Assembly (NCBI GenBank): GCA_965227775.1
Contig: OZ245777.1
Location: 992,001 to 1,056,000, forward strand
Reading direction: 5' to 3'
Length of the DNA: 64,000 bases
DNA from: Phycisphaerales bacterium
GTDB taxonomy: Bacteria > Planctomycetota > Phycisphaerae > Phycisphaerales > UBA1924
Shown here one piece after another: positions 49,857 through 58,491 of this stretch. The position numbers and the translations under genes were made by a program. The notes beneath the pieces are model-generated. The model had not been told where the DNA came from and ran no database searches. It was given only the letters and a program-made list of their open reading frames with translations. Position 1 is the first letter of the stretch, and each line of letters opens with the position of its first letter.

Positions 49857-52532
49857 ATGCGTGACTTTCTGCGATTCGCCGCCTCGCTCGTCGTGGCCGT
49901 GCTCTGCTGCACACCAGCAACACACGCGCAGTACACCCTCAATCCGAAGACCTACGCGTCTCCATCCGGCGAATACCAGCTCCACATCGACCCATCACAA
50001 GAGCGCGGCGTCGGTCCATCGACAGCAACGATGTCCCACGCCGGTACTCGCCTCTGGCAGAAAGAACACCCGTTCAGCCTCTGGCACGCCCACGTCACAG
50101 ACGATGGCCACACCGTTGGCTACACCTACATCCACGGCTACGAAGGCATGACCCTCGTGTACGTACGAAACGTTCCCAACACCGTCGATATCGTGTTCCT
50201 CGATACAGACGGCGAGATCATTGCCCGCCACGACATACCACGGCAGCACTCCGGGATGATGTCCAATCCCCCGGCTCCTTTTGTACCGACGATCAATCTC
50301 CTCGTGCCGATCCCCGCGCAAGACCGTGTCCTTGTCGTCCCGAACTCGAGTTCTCGAAGGAACGCCGCGCCCTGGTGGATGTTCGAGCTCTCGAGCGGCC
50401 GCCGCCTCGATGACATCGCGAATCCCGCAACACCGGTCATCCAGCAAAATGGATTCACACGGGACATTTCATTCCATCCACTCGGCGACCATCCCGTGGT
50501 CGTCGTGCATGTCCTCGTAAGCCAGTACAACGCGCCGAAGCGCACCGAAGATGCCTTCTTGGGCCTACTCCACCTCGATGGAAACCTGATCTGGGGGACG
50601 ACGATCAAGAGCGAGTACGACCACATGCCCCAAGGCTGGCGCTGGCGGGGAGAACGAGACCCCGCAGACCAGCTCGTGACCGTCGCCGCGGGCTTCCAGT
50701 TCCACTCCTGGTCAACCGATGAGATCATCAGCTTCGAGTGCGTGCGCGAGGGTGGTGCGTGGATAGCGCGAGAAATCGATCGCCAGCCCGCGCCGCCTGC
50801 GCCCGAAGAGCAACCACCCGAGGCGCTCGAATCCATCACGCTCGAGCTCGCTGGCAGCATCTCGCTCGGTCGCCCGGTGCCCACCCCCTTCGAGAACGTC
50901 TCGTACATCGATATCGATGGCAACGGCAACATCGGCTTCGTGCCGGTGACGCACAGGACCAGGTCGTTCTTCCTCGTGAGCCCAGAGGGAGAGGTCATCC
51001 ACCGCAAGCTCTTCGCAGACTTTGAAGGCGATACCCCATGGCTCGTAAAGGCCGTATGGGCGGGCACCGACGACCAGCCGGACCGCTGGCTGCTCTTCAG
51101 CACCGGGCTCGGCGACAGAAAGCCCGCAGCGGCGTGGTACGACGTCAAGACCAGGTCGATCTCGACGGTCCCGGATCTCGGCTTCAAATACGTCAGAGAC
51201 ATGCGCCCGCTACGCGACGGTGGATTGATCGCGGTAGGCGAGGGCCTTACGCGCAGCGACACCGGCCTCGTCGCGTTCAATCCCGACGGTTCCATCCGCT
51301 GGAAGCAGGACGTCCAGTATCTCCGAGACGGCCTCGCCATCACGACCAACGACGAGATCGCCCTGCTCACGAGCAAACGGGTGCTGTTCTACGACCTCGA
51401 CGGCAACCCGTCGGGCGACATCGATCTCGCGACCGCCTTCGGCCGACAACCCCGTTATCCGGCGGGCATGACAGCCGATGCGAGTGGCGGCGTCATCGTG
51501 CTTGACGCGAGCGGCACATCAGGAGCGTTCCACATTGCACGCGATGGTTCGCTCAACAAGACACTGACGCCGCGATTCGACGATGGCGCGATCATCGACG
51601 GCACCCGAGATATTCCCCAGGCTCCCGATGGCTCGCTCTGGACCACCGACGGCCACGCACTCCTCCTGCTCGGGGCCGATGGTGTCGTCGAGCGAATCAT
51701 CGGTGAGCCGCCCGAAGCGCGACCACTCCGCAAGGTCTCGTCGGTCGCCCTCGGTCCACGCGGGAACATCTACGCCCTCAACGAGGCCAACGCCGCCATC
51801 CACGTGTTCGATAAGGACGGCAATCCGCGCGAAGTCCTGCCACCCCCCAGCAAATCGCCCGGCTACCTGTTCGGGTCGTCACTCGTGACCGTCGAGCACA
51901 ACGGCACCATCCACGCCCCAGGCGTGCGCTACGCGCGAGACGAGAAGCCGCTTCCCCCACTCGACGGAGCAACCAACCAGATCGCAGAGTACTGGCTCAT
52001 GCAACCCCACGATCCCGTGGGCTGGTCCCTCGGGTACGAGTACATCGCGCTCTTCCAGATCGAGAAGGACGACACCACCACCGTCCTGCGAGAGGTCAGG
52101 CGCCGCCCCGACAACACCTGGGTCGAACAGCCGCACGACGGAGCCGTCGCACAAGACGGATCGCTCGCCGTGGTCGTCGCGGAAGACCTGGGGTACCGCA
52201 GGGGCACGCCGAAGCTCTGCGTCTACGACGCGTCCGGTGAGCCCGTTCGCATGTACGCGATGCCCGACCAGTCCCTGCACGCCCGCATCGCCTACGCCCA
52301 TCCTTACGTCGTCACGATCGACCATGGCAATGACCTACTCGCCGCGAATCTCTACGACGTCCGCACCGATGCGCCGCCCCGCCGCATCGTCTTACCCGAG
52401 AGCATCGACCTCGAAGACGAGTACTGGTACGTGAATCCGTCGCCGTACGCCGGCGAGTTCTTGCTCCGAGGGTCCACTGCGCTCGAGCTCCACCGGATAC
52501 GCCTGCCAGACGAGCCCGAGCCTCACAAGTAA
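49857..52532 (+). CDS. Large secreted beta-propeller (NHL-like) protein
   Basis: Signal peptide; repeated blades (IDIDGNGNI, ADASGG, APDGSLW, GPRGNIY, AQDGS). Confidence 0.65.
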   Translation: MRDFLRFAASLVVAVLCCTPATHAQYTLNPKTYASPSGEYQLHIDPSQERGVGPSTATMSHAGTRLWQKEHPFSLWHAHVTDDGHTVGYTYIHGYEGMTLVYVRNVPNTVDIVFLDTDGEIIARHDIPRQHSGMMSNPPAPFVPTINLLVPIPAQDRVLVVPNSSSRRNAAPWWMFELSSGRRLDDIANPATPVIQQNGFTRDISFHPLGDHPVVVVHVLVSQYNAPKRTEDAFLGLLHLDGNLIWGTTIKSEYDHMPQGWRWRGERDPADQLVTVAAGFQFHSWSTDEIISFECVREGGAWIAREIDRQPAPPAPEEQPPEALESITLELAGSISLGRPVPTPFENVSYIDIDGNGNIGFVPVTHRTRSFFLVSPEGEVIHRKLFADFEGDTPWLVKAVWAGTDDQPDRWLLFSTGLGDRKPAAAWYDVKTRSISTVPDLGFKYVRDMRPLRDGGLIAVGEGLTRSDTGLVAFNPDGSIRWKQDVQYLRDGLAITTNDEIALLTSKRVLFYDLDGNPSGDIDLATAFGRQPRYPAGMTADASGGVIVLDASGTSGAFHIARDGSLNKTLTPRFDDGAIIDGTRDIPQAPDGSLWTTDGHALLLLGADGVVERIIGEPPEARPLRKVSSVALGPRGNIYALNEANAAIHVFDKDGNPREVLPPPSKSPGYLFGSSLVTVEHNGTIHAPGVRYARDEKPLPPLDGATNQIAEYWLMQPHDPVGWSLGYEYIALFQIEKDDTTTVLREVRRRPDNTWVEQPHDGAVAQDGSLAVVVAEDLGYRRGTPKLCVYDASGEPVRMYAMPDQSLHARIAYAHPYVVTIDHGNDLLAANLYDVRTDAPPRRIVLPESIDLEDEYWYVNPSPYAGEFLLRGSTALELHRIRLPDEPEPHK

Positions 52533-53971
52533 CTCCCCGCCTTCAGCGCCCCAGGCCGATCGAGATTCGTCACAAGATACCGCAGCGCATCGACGGCGTG
52601 ATCCGGCCCGTCCTTGGCCGGCTCTTCGCTCATGGGCCGTTGCATGTCGTAGTGGTACCGCTCCAGGCTCTCGATCAGATGCGGGCACTCGGGCGAGATG
52701 AAGAGTGTCGGCTCGCCGGTCGCGGGGCGCAGACGGGCTCGGAGCAGATCGAGCCCGGCCCGGATGGTCGTCCGTCGTGCGCGCACGCTCAGGCCCGCCC
52801 GCTGGAGCTGCTGGGCATCGCTCAGCCCTGTCTGCGCGTTGCCCTGCCACCCAGCCGGGTCGATGCCGATCCATGCCGGCTTGCGACCCTCATCTTCCAG
52901 CATCGCATCGATGTGCTCACTGAGCAGGCAGCGTGAGGCCACCCGCTCGCGAACGAAGTGCAACACGCCGGCGGGCGAGAGCGCACCCCACACGATCACC
53001 GTCGGCGAGCGATACCCGAAGTCCATGCCGAGCACCCATTGCCAGTCTCCATCGATCTCAGGATTGGCTCGCACGTGCACCGCCTGATCAAACTCGGGCA
53101 GCACCGCATCGTCGCTCTTGGGCCGCTCGCACCGCATCTCGGCGTCCCACGTTGATCGTGACACTCGGCCCTTCAGCGAGATCGCGTCGGCGATCGACAG
53201 GTGTCCGGCCGAGCGCTCCTCCCGCTTGGCCGATCCATGGCACTCACTCCACAGCGGGCAGCCCTCGCACGCGTACGCCGACCCACAGTGCGCGAGCACG
53301 TCGACCACACCCCACTTGAAGAGCGCTCGAGACCCCTGGCTTGCCTGCTCCACGACATCACGCATCAGCCCATGCGCACGATGCATGGTGCTCAGGGCCT
53401 CGATGGATCCGCGCACGGTGTACGCCCTGCCGTCGTACTCGACGCGCTTGCTGCGCGTGGTCAGCTGCGCCGCCTCCCACACCGCCGGGTCAAACAGCTC
53501 GACCTCGTCACACCGCAGCTTCTGGATGCGCGTGACGCGGACCGATGCCTGGCTCTGGGCGAGCAACTCGAGCCTCGATCCATTGATCAGTTCCAGCCGC
53601 CGATCGGTCACTCGACCCTCGACCAGGTCGCTGACGGCGGGCCTTCGGATCAGGTGACGCAGGTGCGCGTGCATGCGCTGGGCCTGCTCGAGCGAGCCGC
53701 CCAGGATGCGCACCTCGATACCCGGCTTGTACACCAGATCGAGCAGCGTCGCGACGGCCCCGAGGAACGTCTTGCCACCACCGCGGTTGGCCCAGACCAC
53801 CGCATCGATCGGGTCGCTAACCGTGTTGGTGAGCACTTCGGGAAGATGATCCGCGAAGAACGCGTGTGCAAGATACGACAGCGGCTTTGCGCTCACCTCG
53901 ACGTCCAGCATCGTGCGCACGCACGCGGCAAGTTCTTCTACGCTGGCCGGCCGTGCCGGCAGCGGCGTCAC
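52523..53971 (-). CDS. Phage-type terminase large subunit
   Basis: Walker A ANRGGGKT, Walker B LRCDEV, LST coupling motif, RNase H-like nuclease GMDFG...IGIDP...DHAVDALRY. GTGA-coupled start. Confidence 0.85.
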   Translation of the reverse strand: MTPLPARPASVEELAACVRTMLDVEVSAKPLSYLAHAFFADHLPEVLTNTVSDPIDAVVWANRGGGKTFLGAVATLLDLVYKPGIEVRILGGSLEQAQRMHAHLRHLIRRPAVSDLVEGRVTDRRLELINGSRLELLAQSQASVRVTRIQKLRCDEVELFDPAVWEAAQLTTRSKRVEYDGRAYTVRGSIEALSTMHRAHGLMRDVVEQASQGSRALFKWGVVDVLAHCGSAYACEGCPLWSECHGSAKREERSAGHLSIADAISLKGRVSRSTWDAEMRCERPKSDDAVLPEFDQAVHVRANPEIDGDWQWVLGMDFGYRSPTVIVWGALSPAGVLHFVRERVASRCLLSEHIDAMLEDEGRKPAWIGIDPAGWQGNAQTGLSDAQQLQRAGLSVRARRTTIRAGLDLLRARLRPATGEPTLFISPECPHLIESLERYHYDMQRPMSEEPAKDGPDHAVDALRYLVTNLDRPGALKAGSYL

Positions 53972-54642
53972 GGCCGGCTCCTTTCGTGCACGTGCGCCAC
54001 GGGCGGGTGCGTCAGCAGCGCAAAAACACGTCCGGCGATGTCGCCACCGCGCAGCTTCCGCGATCTGGCCCACGTCCGCAACGCTGGCATGATGGCTTGC
54101 GGAGGCTGCTTGAGCAGTTCGGCCCGGGCCACACCGTGCCGAGCCATCGCACGCAGCAGCTTCGCGTCGGCCTTGCTCGGTGGCAGGTCGACCCGGTCCA
54201 TGCCCGCACGCTCGAAGAAGGGGCACGCGTGGGCCATCGCCGCCAGCGCCTCGGTGCGCGGCGTGCAAGGGTCATCCAAGTACGCACGCACCAGTCGAAC
54301 CGCGAGGCCGCGACCGCGGTACCTCGGGTCGACGATCACACGCGAGATGACACGCACGTCGAGATTCAGGCGCCTCGCGTTCGCACCCTTGTCCGGAGTG
54401 TCGTAGTCGCCCGGCCAGGCGATCGAACGCCAGCGGCCGTTGAGCGTGGGCATCGAGGCAACGAGCACGCCGATGGTCTCGCCATCATCTCTTGCGCGCA
54501 GGATGCGTGTGATCGGCCCCGGCCGTCCGGCGACGTAGTGGAACCGCGACAGCGACCTCAGGTCGTCGATCGTGCCGGGCTCGATGGTGATGGTGTCAGG
54601 TTGCGGGACGCGGAATCGGCGGACGAGCGAGGCGTGTGCCAC
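53968..54642 (-). CDS. GNAT acetyltransferase of the ABC-ATPase-associated (COG2401/Mom-like) type
   Basis: N-terminal SRFHY, ISRVIVDPRYRGRGLA acetyl-CoA motif, FFERAGM. Confidence 0.75.
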   Translation of the reverse strand: MAHASLVRRFRVPQPDTITIEPGTIDDLRSLSRFHYVAGRPGPITRILRARDDGETIGVLVASMPTLNGRWRSIAWPGDYDTPDKGANARRLNLDVRVISRVIVDPRYRGRGLAVRLVRAYLDDPCTPRTEALAAMAHACPFFERAGMDRVDLPPSKADAKLLRAMARHGVARAELLKQPPQAIMPALRTWARSRKLRGGDIAGRVFALLTHPPVAHVHERSRP

Positions 54643-55294
54643 GGGATGGCTCCGCGGGGGCGCGGGTGATGACCACGGGCGGCGACGGGCGATCGCCGGG
54701 CAGGGGCAGGGCAACGAGCAGGTCGGGCGAGAGCGATTCGAGCGTGTCCTCTCGCGCGCTGCAGGCAACGAGCGTGACGCGCCTTCGGCGGCACCAGCGC
54801 GCGAGCGCGTGCGCCATCGAGTGGGCGGTGGCAGCGTCGAGCGTGGCGGCGAACTCGTCGGCGATGAGCACGCAGCCGGGCGTGCAGCGGTCCATCGCGG
54901 CGGCGATCCTGAGGCGGGCAAGCTGGCCGGTGCTAAGCCGGCCGGCTGGGCGAACGAGCAGCGCGGCCTCGGCCAGTCCGGCGGCACCAAGCAGGCCGAG
55001 CGCCTGATCGAAGTCATCGCCCACGTGCTCGATGGTGGCGCGACGCCGCGACAGATGCGCGGGCGGGCATACGACGGGGCGGCCTATCTGTGCAAGCCGG
55101 CGACGCAGCAGGGCGATGGCCGTGCTCTTCCCGCTGCCGCTCGGGCCGGTCAGCAGCGCGACCTGGCCGGGCTCGAGGCGTGCGAGCTCGCGGGCGGCGT
55201 GTCGGGCGCCGCGCAGGGCGCAGCGCCTGCTTGGTTCGGCGGAGCCATAGGGCAGCGCGAAGAGCGCTCGGGCATGGGCGATGCGGTTGTTCAC
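54596..55294 (-). CDS. Soluble ABC-type ATPase (COG2401 N-terminal-like)
   Basis: GPSGSGKST, LSTGQ signature, LIADEF..TLD. No membrane partner adjacent. Confidence 0.8.
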   Translation of the reverse strand: MNNRIAHARALFALPYGSAEPSRRCALRGARHAARELARLEPGQVALLTGPSGSGKSTAIALLRRRLAQIGRPVVCPPAHLSRRRATIEHVGDDFDQALGLLGAAGLAEAALLVRPAGRLSTGQLARLRIAAAMDRCTPGCVLIADEFAATLDAATAHSMAHALARWCRRRRVTLVACSAREDTLESLSPDLLVALPLPGDRPSPPVVITRAPAEPSRGTRLARPPIPRPAT

Positions 55295-55728
55295 GCCGCG
55301 CTCCCGGGTTTGGTACGCGAGCCGGCGGCCTCGATGAGTGCGCGAAACGCGTCGTAGTGCTTGCGCACGGTGTGGTAGCTGACGCCCAGCCGCTGGGAGA
55401 TCTGCCGCATGGGCAGGCCCTCGATAGCTTTGAGCCGGGCTACTTGCCGCAACTGGCGGGGCAACTCGGGACTGAGGCGCACGGCCGCGTCGAACGTTGG
55501 ATCGCACACCCGACGCACGAGGGCCCGGACGCGTCGGCGGAGCTGCCGCTCGGGGGCGCCCACCATGACGGCAACCTCGCTGACGGCCATCCCCCGGCCG
55601 TAGATGGCCACCAGCAGCTGCCGCTCGTCGGCGGGCAGGTGGTCGGCGGCGTCGAGGACGCGGGTCACCATGGCCCGCCGCCGCTTGCGTCGCATGTCCA
55701 GGGCCGTGTCGTCCAGTCGTGTCTGCAT
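55291..55728 (-). CDS. Tandem sigma-70 region-4-like HTH regulator
   Basis: LPADERQLL...GMAVSEVAVMVG and EGLPMRQISQRLGVSYHTVRKH. Confidence 0.7.
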   Translation of the reverse strand: MQTRLDDTALDMRRKRRRAMVTRVLDAADHLPADERQLLVAIYGRGMAVSEVAVMVGAPERQLRRRVRALVRRVCDPTFDAAVRLSPELPRQLRQVARLKAIEGLPMRQISQRLGVSYHTVRKHYDAFRALIEAAGSRTKPGSAA

Positions 55729-55769
55729 GGCGTCGCGCTCCGTTTACTGAGTGTTCGGCTGTCTACTCC

Positions 55770-55809
55770 GTATTGTCGACTTGACAGCAAACAAATGCAA
55801 GGATAATGT
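55770..55809. promoter_or_regulatory. Overlapping divergent sigma-70-type promoters
   Basis: Plus strand TTGACA(55781)-N17-TAATGT; minus strand TTGCAT(55800)-N17-GACAAT; AT-rich island. Confidence 0.6.
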
Positions 55810-55901
55810 TTGGTATATCCGCCAGATAGCGCAGAATCGTGGCGGTGGGGTCGAGATCTCGCGAAAACAGCCTGTTGACGATCTGGGAGAGGGATTTCAG
55901 G

Positions 55902-56771
55902 ATGCCCGAGAGCAGCAAGAGACCGGCGAGGGATCCGACCGACTTCGGAGAGCTCCTCCGAGATCGGCGGATGCGGCTCGGGCTGAGTTTGCGCGAGGCT
56001 GCCGAGGACGCCGGCTGCACCAAGGGGTACCTGTCGCTGCTGGAGCGGGGCAAGCGCGGCGTTCCGACGGAGCGCGTGCTTGCGGGGCTGGAGCGTGCGC
56101 TGGAACTCGAGCCGGGCTCGCTGGGTGAGGCCGTCGCGATGAACAGCACTCCGGCGAGGGTGCGGGAGGAACTTGTTGAGCGGCGCGAGCAGGGGGAGGC
56201 GGCCCAGCAACTGGCGGCGTTGCTGCGTCGCGCCGGGCCGGGCGGGCTCGATCGCGCGTTCGAGAGCGGGGTGCTGGCGCGGCTCGTAGATCGCATCGCG
56301 CCGCTGGGCGATGGCGGCGGCGAGGGAGATCGGGTCGAGGCGTTGCTGCCCGGTGCCGTGCCGCTGATCAACCTCGTGCCGGCGGGGCAGGCGGCCGAGT
56401 TCACCGACCTTGGCTATCCCGCTCGTGTGGCCGACAGCTACGTGGCCGCGCCCGAGCTCGGCGATCCCGACGCGTTCGCTGCGCGCGTGACGGGCGACAG
56501 CATGGAGCCGCGGTACCTCGAGGGCGACGTGGTGATCTTCAGCCCCGGGCGCGAGGTGCGAGACGGCATGGACTGCTTTGCGCGGCTGGCCGAGCCGGAT
56601 AGTGAGACGACCTTCAAGCGCGTGTACTTCGAGCGTGGGGCAGACGACGAAGAGTTCATTCGACTGCAGCCGCTGAACCCCCGGCACAAGGCGCGGGTGG
56701 AACCGCGGGAGAAGGTCGTTGGGTTGTATCCGGCGGTGAGCGTGACGCGGCGAGTTGGTATTGGGGACTAG
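55902..56771 (+). CDS. XRE-HTH plus S24 peptidase repressor (LexA/CI-like)
   Basis: LSLREAAEDAGCTKGYLSLLERG HTH, VPAG cleavage site, GDSMEP Ser, TFKR Lys. Confidence 0.9.
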   Translation: MPESSKRPARDPTDFGELLRDRRMRLGLSLREAAEDAGCTKGYLSLLERGKRGVPTERVLAGLERALELEPGSLGEAVAMNSTPARVREELVERREQGEAAQQLAALLRRAGPGGLDRAFESGVLARLVDRIAPLGDGGGEGDRVEALLPGAVPLINLVPAGQAAEFTDLGYPARVADSYVAAPELGDPDAFAARVTGDSMEPRYLEGDVVIFSPGREVRDGMDCFARLAEPDSETTFKRVYFERGADDEEFIRLQPLNPRHKARVEPREKVVGLYPAVSVTRRVGIGD

Positions 56772-57223
56772 GAATCTGGAATCGGCGGCGCGAGCTTCCA
56801 GGCTGCGCTGCATTCGGGGCAGGTTGTGCAGCCGTCGGGGTCGGGGGAGAGCCTCGAGAGGTCGTAGTCGCAGGCGCGGCAGCGGCCTGTCGCGAGCTTG
56901 CGTCGCTTGGCCCAGGGTTTGAACACCCAGAAATGGAAGTAACAGAACACACCCAGCCAGACGACCATGAATGCTGCCAGGTACGGCGGGGGTAGCGCAG
57001 TCAGCGGAGATGGCAGTCCTGTTAGCGCGAATCTCGAGAGCACAAACAACGCAAGAACCATCAACGCGAAGATGAACGTGCCGAGGTGCCACATGCGCCA
57101 GCTTCGTGGTGTTTCGCGGTAGACAGGCTCCCAGGGCATGGGGTAGGTGAAGCTGTACATCCACCGCGTGATCGGGTGGCGGTTGCCACGATCATCGGTG
57201 ATGGTGCGGTTGGTGAGGCGCAT
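56768..57223 (-). CDS. Hypothetical membrane protein with C-terminal zinc ribbon
   Basis: Two TM segments; CRACDYDL...CPECS. Confidence 0.75.
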   Translation of the reverse strand: MRLTNRTITDDRGNRHPITRWMYSFTYPMPWEPVYRETPRSWRMWHLGTFIFALMVLALFVLSRFALTGLPSPLTALPPPYLAAFMVVWLGVFCYFHFWVFKPWAKRRKLATGRCRACDYDLSRLSPDPDGCTTCPECSAAWKLAPPIPDS

Positions 57224-57249
57224 CGACCAGAGTCATAGCGCCGCGGGCC

Positions 57250-58395
57250 CTAAGCCGCTTCGTTGTCGCGAACGACCTTGCCTCGGCCGAGCTGACGCAG
57301 CGGACGCGGGCGCTCCTGGTGGGCTAGGTGGTCGGCGACGGCCTGCCAGTCGGCAGCGGTCTTGGTCTCTCCCCCGCGGCGGTGGATGGCGTCGGGCGAT
57401 GTGCGGCAGGTGAGGAACACCGTGGGCCCACCGAAGATGGGGCGCACGGGCTCGGTCGCGTCGAACTCTTCGGGCCAACGTGGCAGCGTGCCGGGGCGCG
57501 TGGGCTTGCTAGTCATCGCGTGCAGCACGAAGTCGTACGCGGTGACGCCCAGGCACACGATGGCCTTGAGGTTGGGCATGTTCTTGATGACGAAGCGCAG
57601 CGTTGGGGCCATCGCCCTGCGGTGCGCGTCGCGGTTGCGCTTGAGTTCGTCTCGGGCGTTGTCATTGACGAGCAGTGGGCCGTAGCACGTGCCGGCTAGC
57701 ACGCCGCGGCTTGCGAGCGGAAAGGCGAGGCGCGCAAGACCGTACGTTGCGGGCGTCTCGTGCTGGCAGTAGGGGCGCAGGGTCTTGCGGCCGAGCCTTG
57801 CCTTGACGACCTGCACGTGCGTGGGCGCAGAATCGAGCACGAGGATCTTGCCGTCCCAGCGACCGTAGACGGATTCGAGCGCGAAGAGCCGGGGCTCTTG
57901 GGGCAGCAGCTCGTACACGCTGGTGAACCCTGGCACGCGCAGGTCGCGGATGCTCTGAGGGATCGGCGGCGTGCGCATGGGGCGCGGCTCGGCGGTCGGG
58001 GCGGCGGGGGCTTCGGAGCCCATGAGGTATGCGCGAGCTTCCTCGGCTGTCATGCGGCGCGCGGCCGGTTTGGGCTTGGCCTCGGTTGACGCCTTCGCGT
58101 GACGCTTGACCGCGGGCTTGGCGGGGCGGGTGGACCGCGCGTCGGCCTTGGGCTTGACGGTGGGCACCATGCCGATCTGCGGGCCGTATCCGCTGGTGAG
58201 GCTGCCCTCGAACAGGCCGGCCATCTCGCCCATGAGGTTCGGGGCGATGCCTGCGGCCGAGGCCTTGCCCGCCCGCGGGTGCAGGGCCGACAGCTTGAAC
58301 GGCTGGCGGCCGCTGCTCGCGGGGCGCGGTGCGGTCCCGTGCTTGCCCGTGTTCTCGGACGGGGCGACGGCCTGGTTGCTGTTCTGGGGTGCCAT
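57250..58395 (-). CDS. Hypothetical protein: low-complexity N-terminus plus possible uracil-DNA glycosylase-like domain
   Basis: KILVL and MPNLKAIVCLGVTAY resemble UDG-superfamily strands. The catalytic HPS motif is not evident. Confidence 0.5.
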   Translation of the reverse strand: MAPQNSNQAVAPSENTGKHGTAPRPASSGRQPFKLSALHPRAGKASAAGIAPNLMGEMAGLFEGSLTSGYGPQIGMVPTVKPKADARSTRPAKPAVKRHAKASTEAKPKPAARRMTAEEARAYLMGSEAPAAPTAEPRPMRTPPIPQSIRDLRVPGFTSVYELLPQEPRLFALESVYGRWDGKILVLDSAPTHVQVVKARLGRKTLRPYCQHETPATYGLARLAFPLASRGVLAGTCYGPLLVNDNARDELKRNRDAHRRAMAPTLRFVIKNMPNLKAIVCLGVTAYDFVLHAMTSKPTRPGTLPRWPEEFDATEPVRPIFGGPTVFLTCRTSPDAIHRRGGETKTAADWQAVADHLAHQERPRPLRQLGRGKVVRDNEAA

Positions 58396-58491
58396 GCCCG
58401 GGTTATCGAACGTGGCGGGGGGCGACTTGAGTCCGAATTGCCGGGCAGTTATCGCGGGCGAAGGGCGTATGCCAACGACCGATTCAGCGCG

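Noticed and set aside
52523..56771. Calling this a complete prophage or mobile element
   Set aside because: No integrase, att repeats, replication or structural genes are visible, and the flanks are host-type genes.
55902..56771. Naming the repressor lexA
   Set aside because: The N-terminal domain is XRE/CI-type rather than the LexA winged helix, so the host SOS regulator identity is unsupported.
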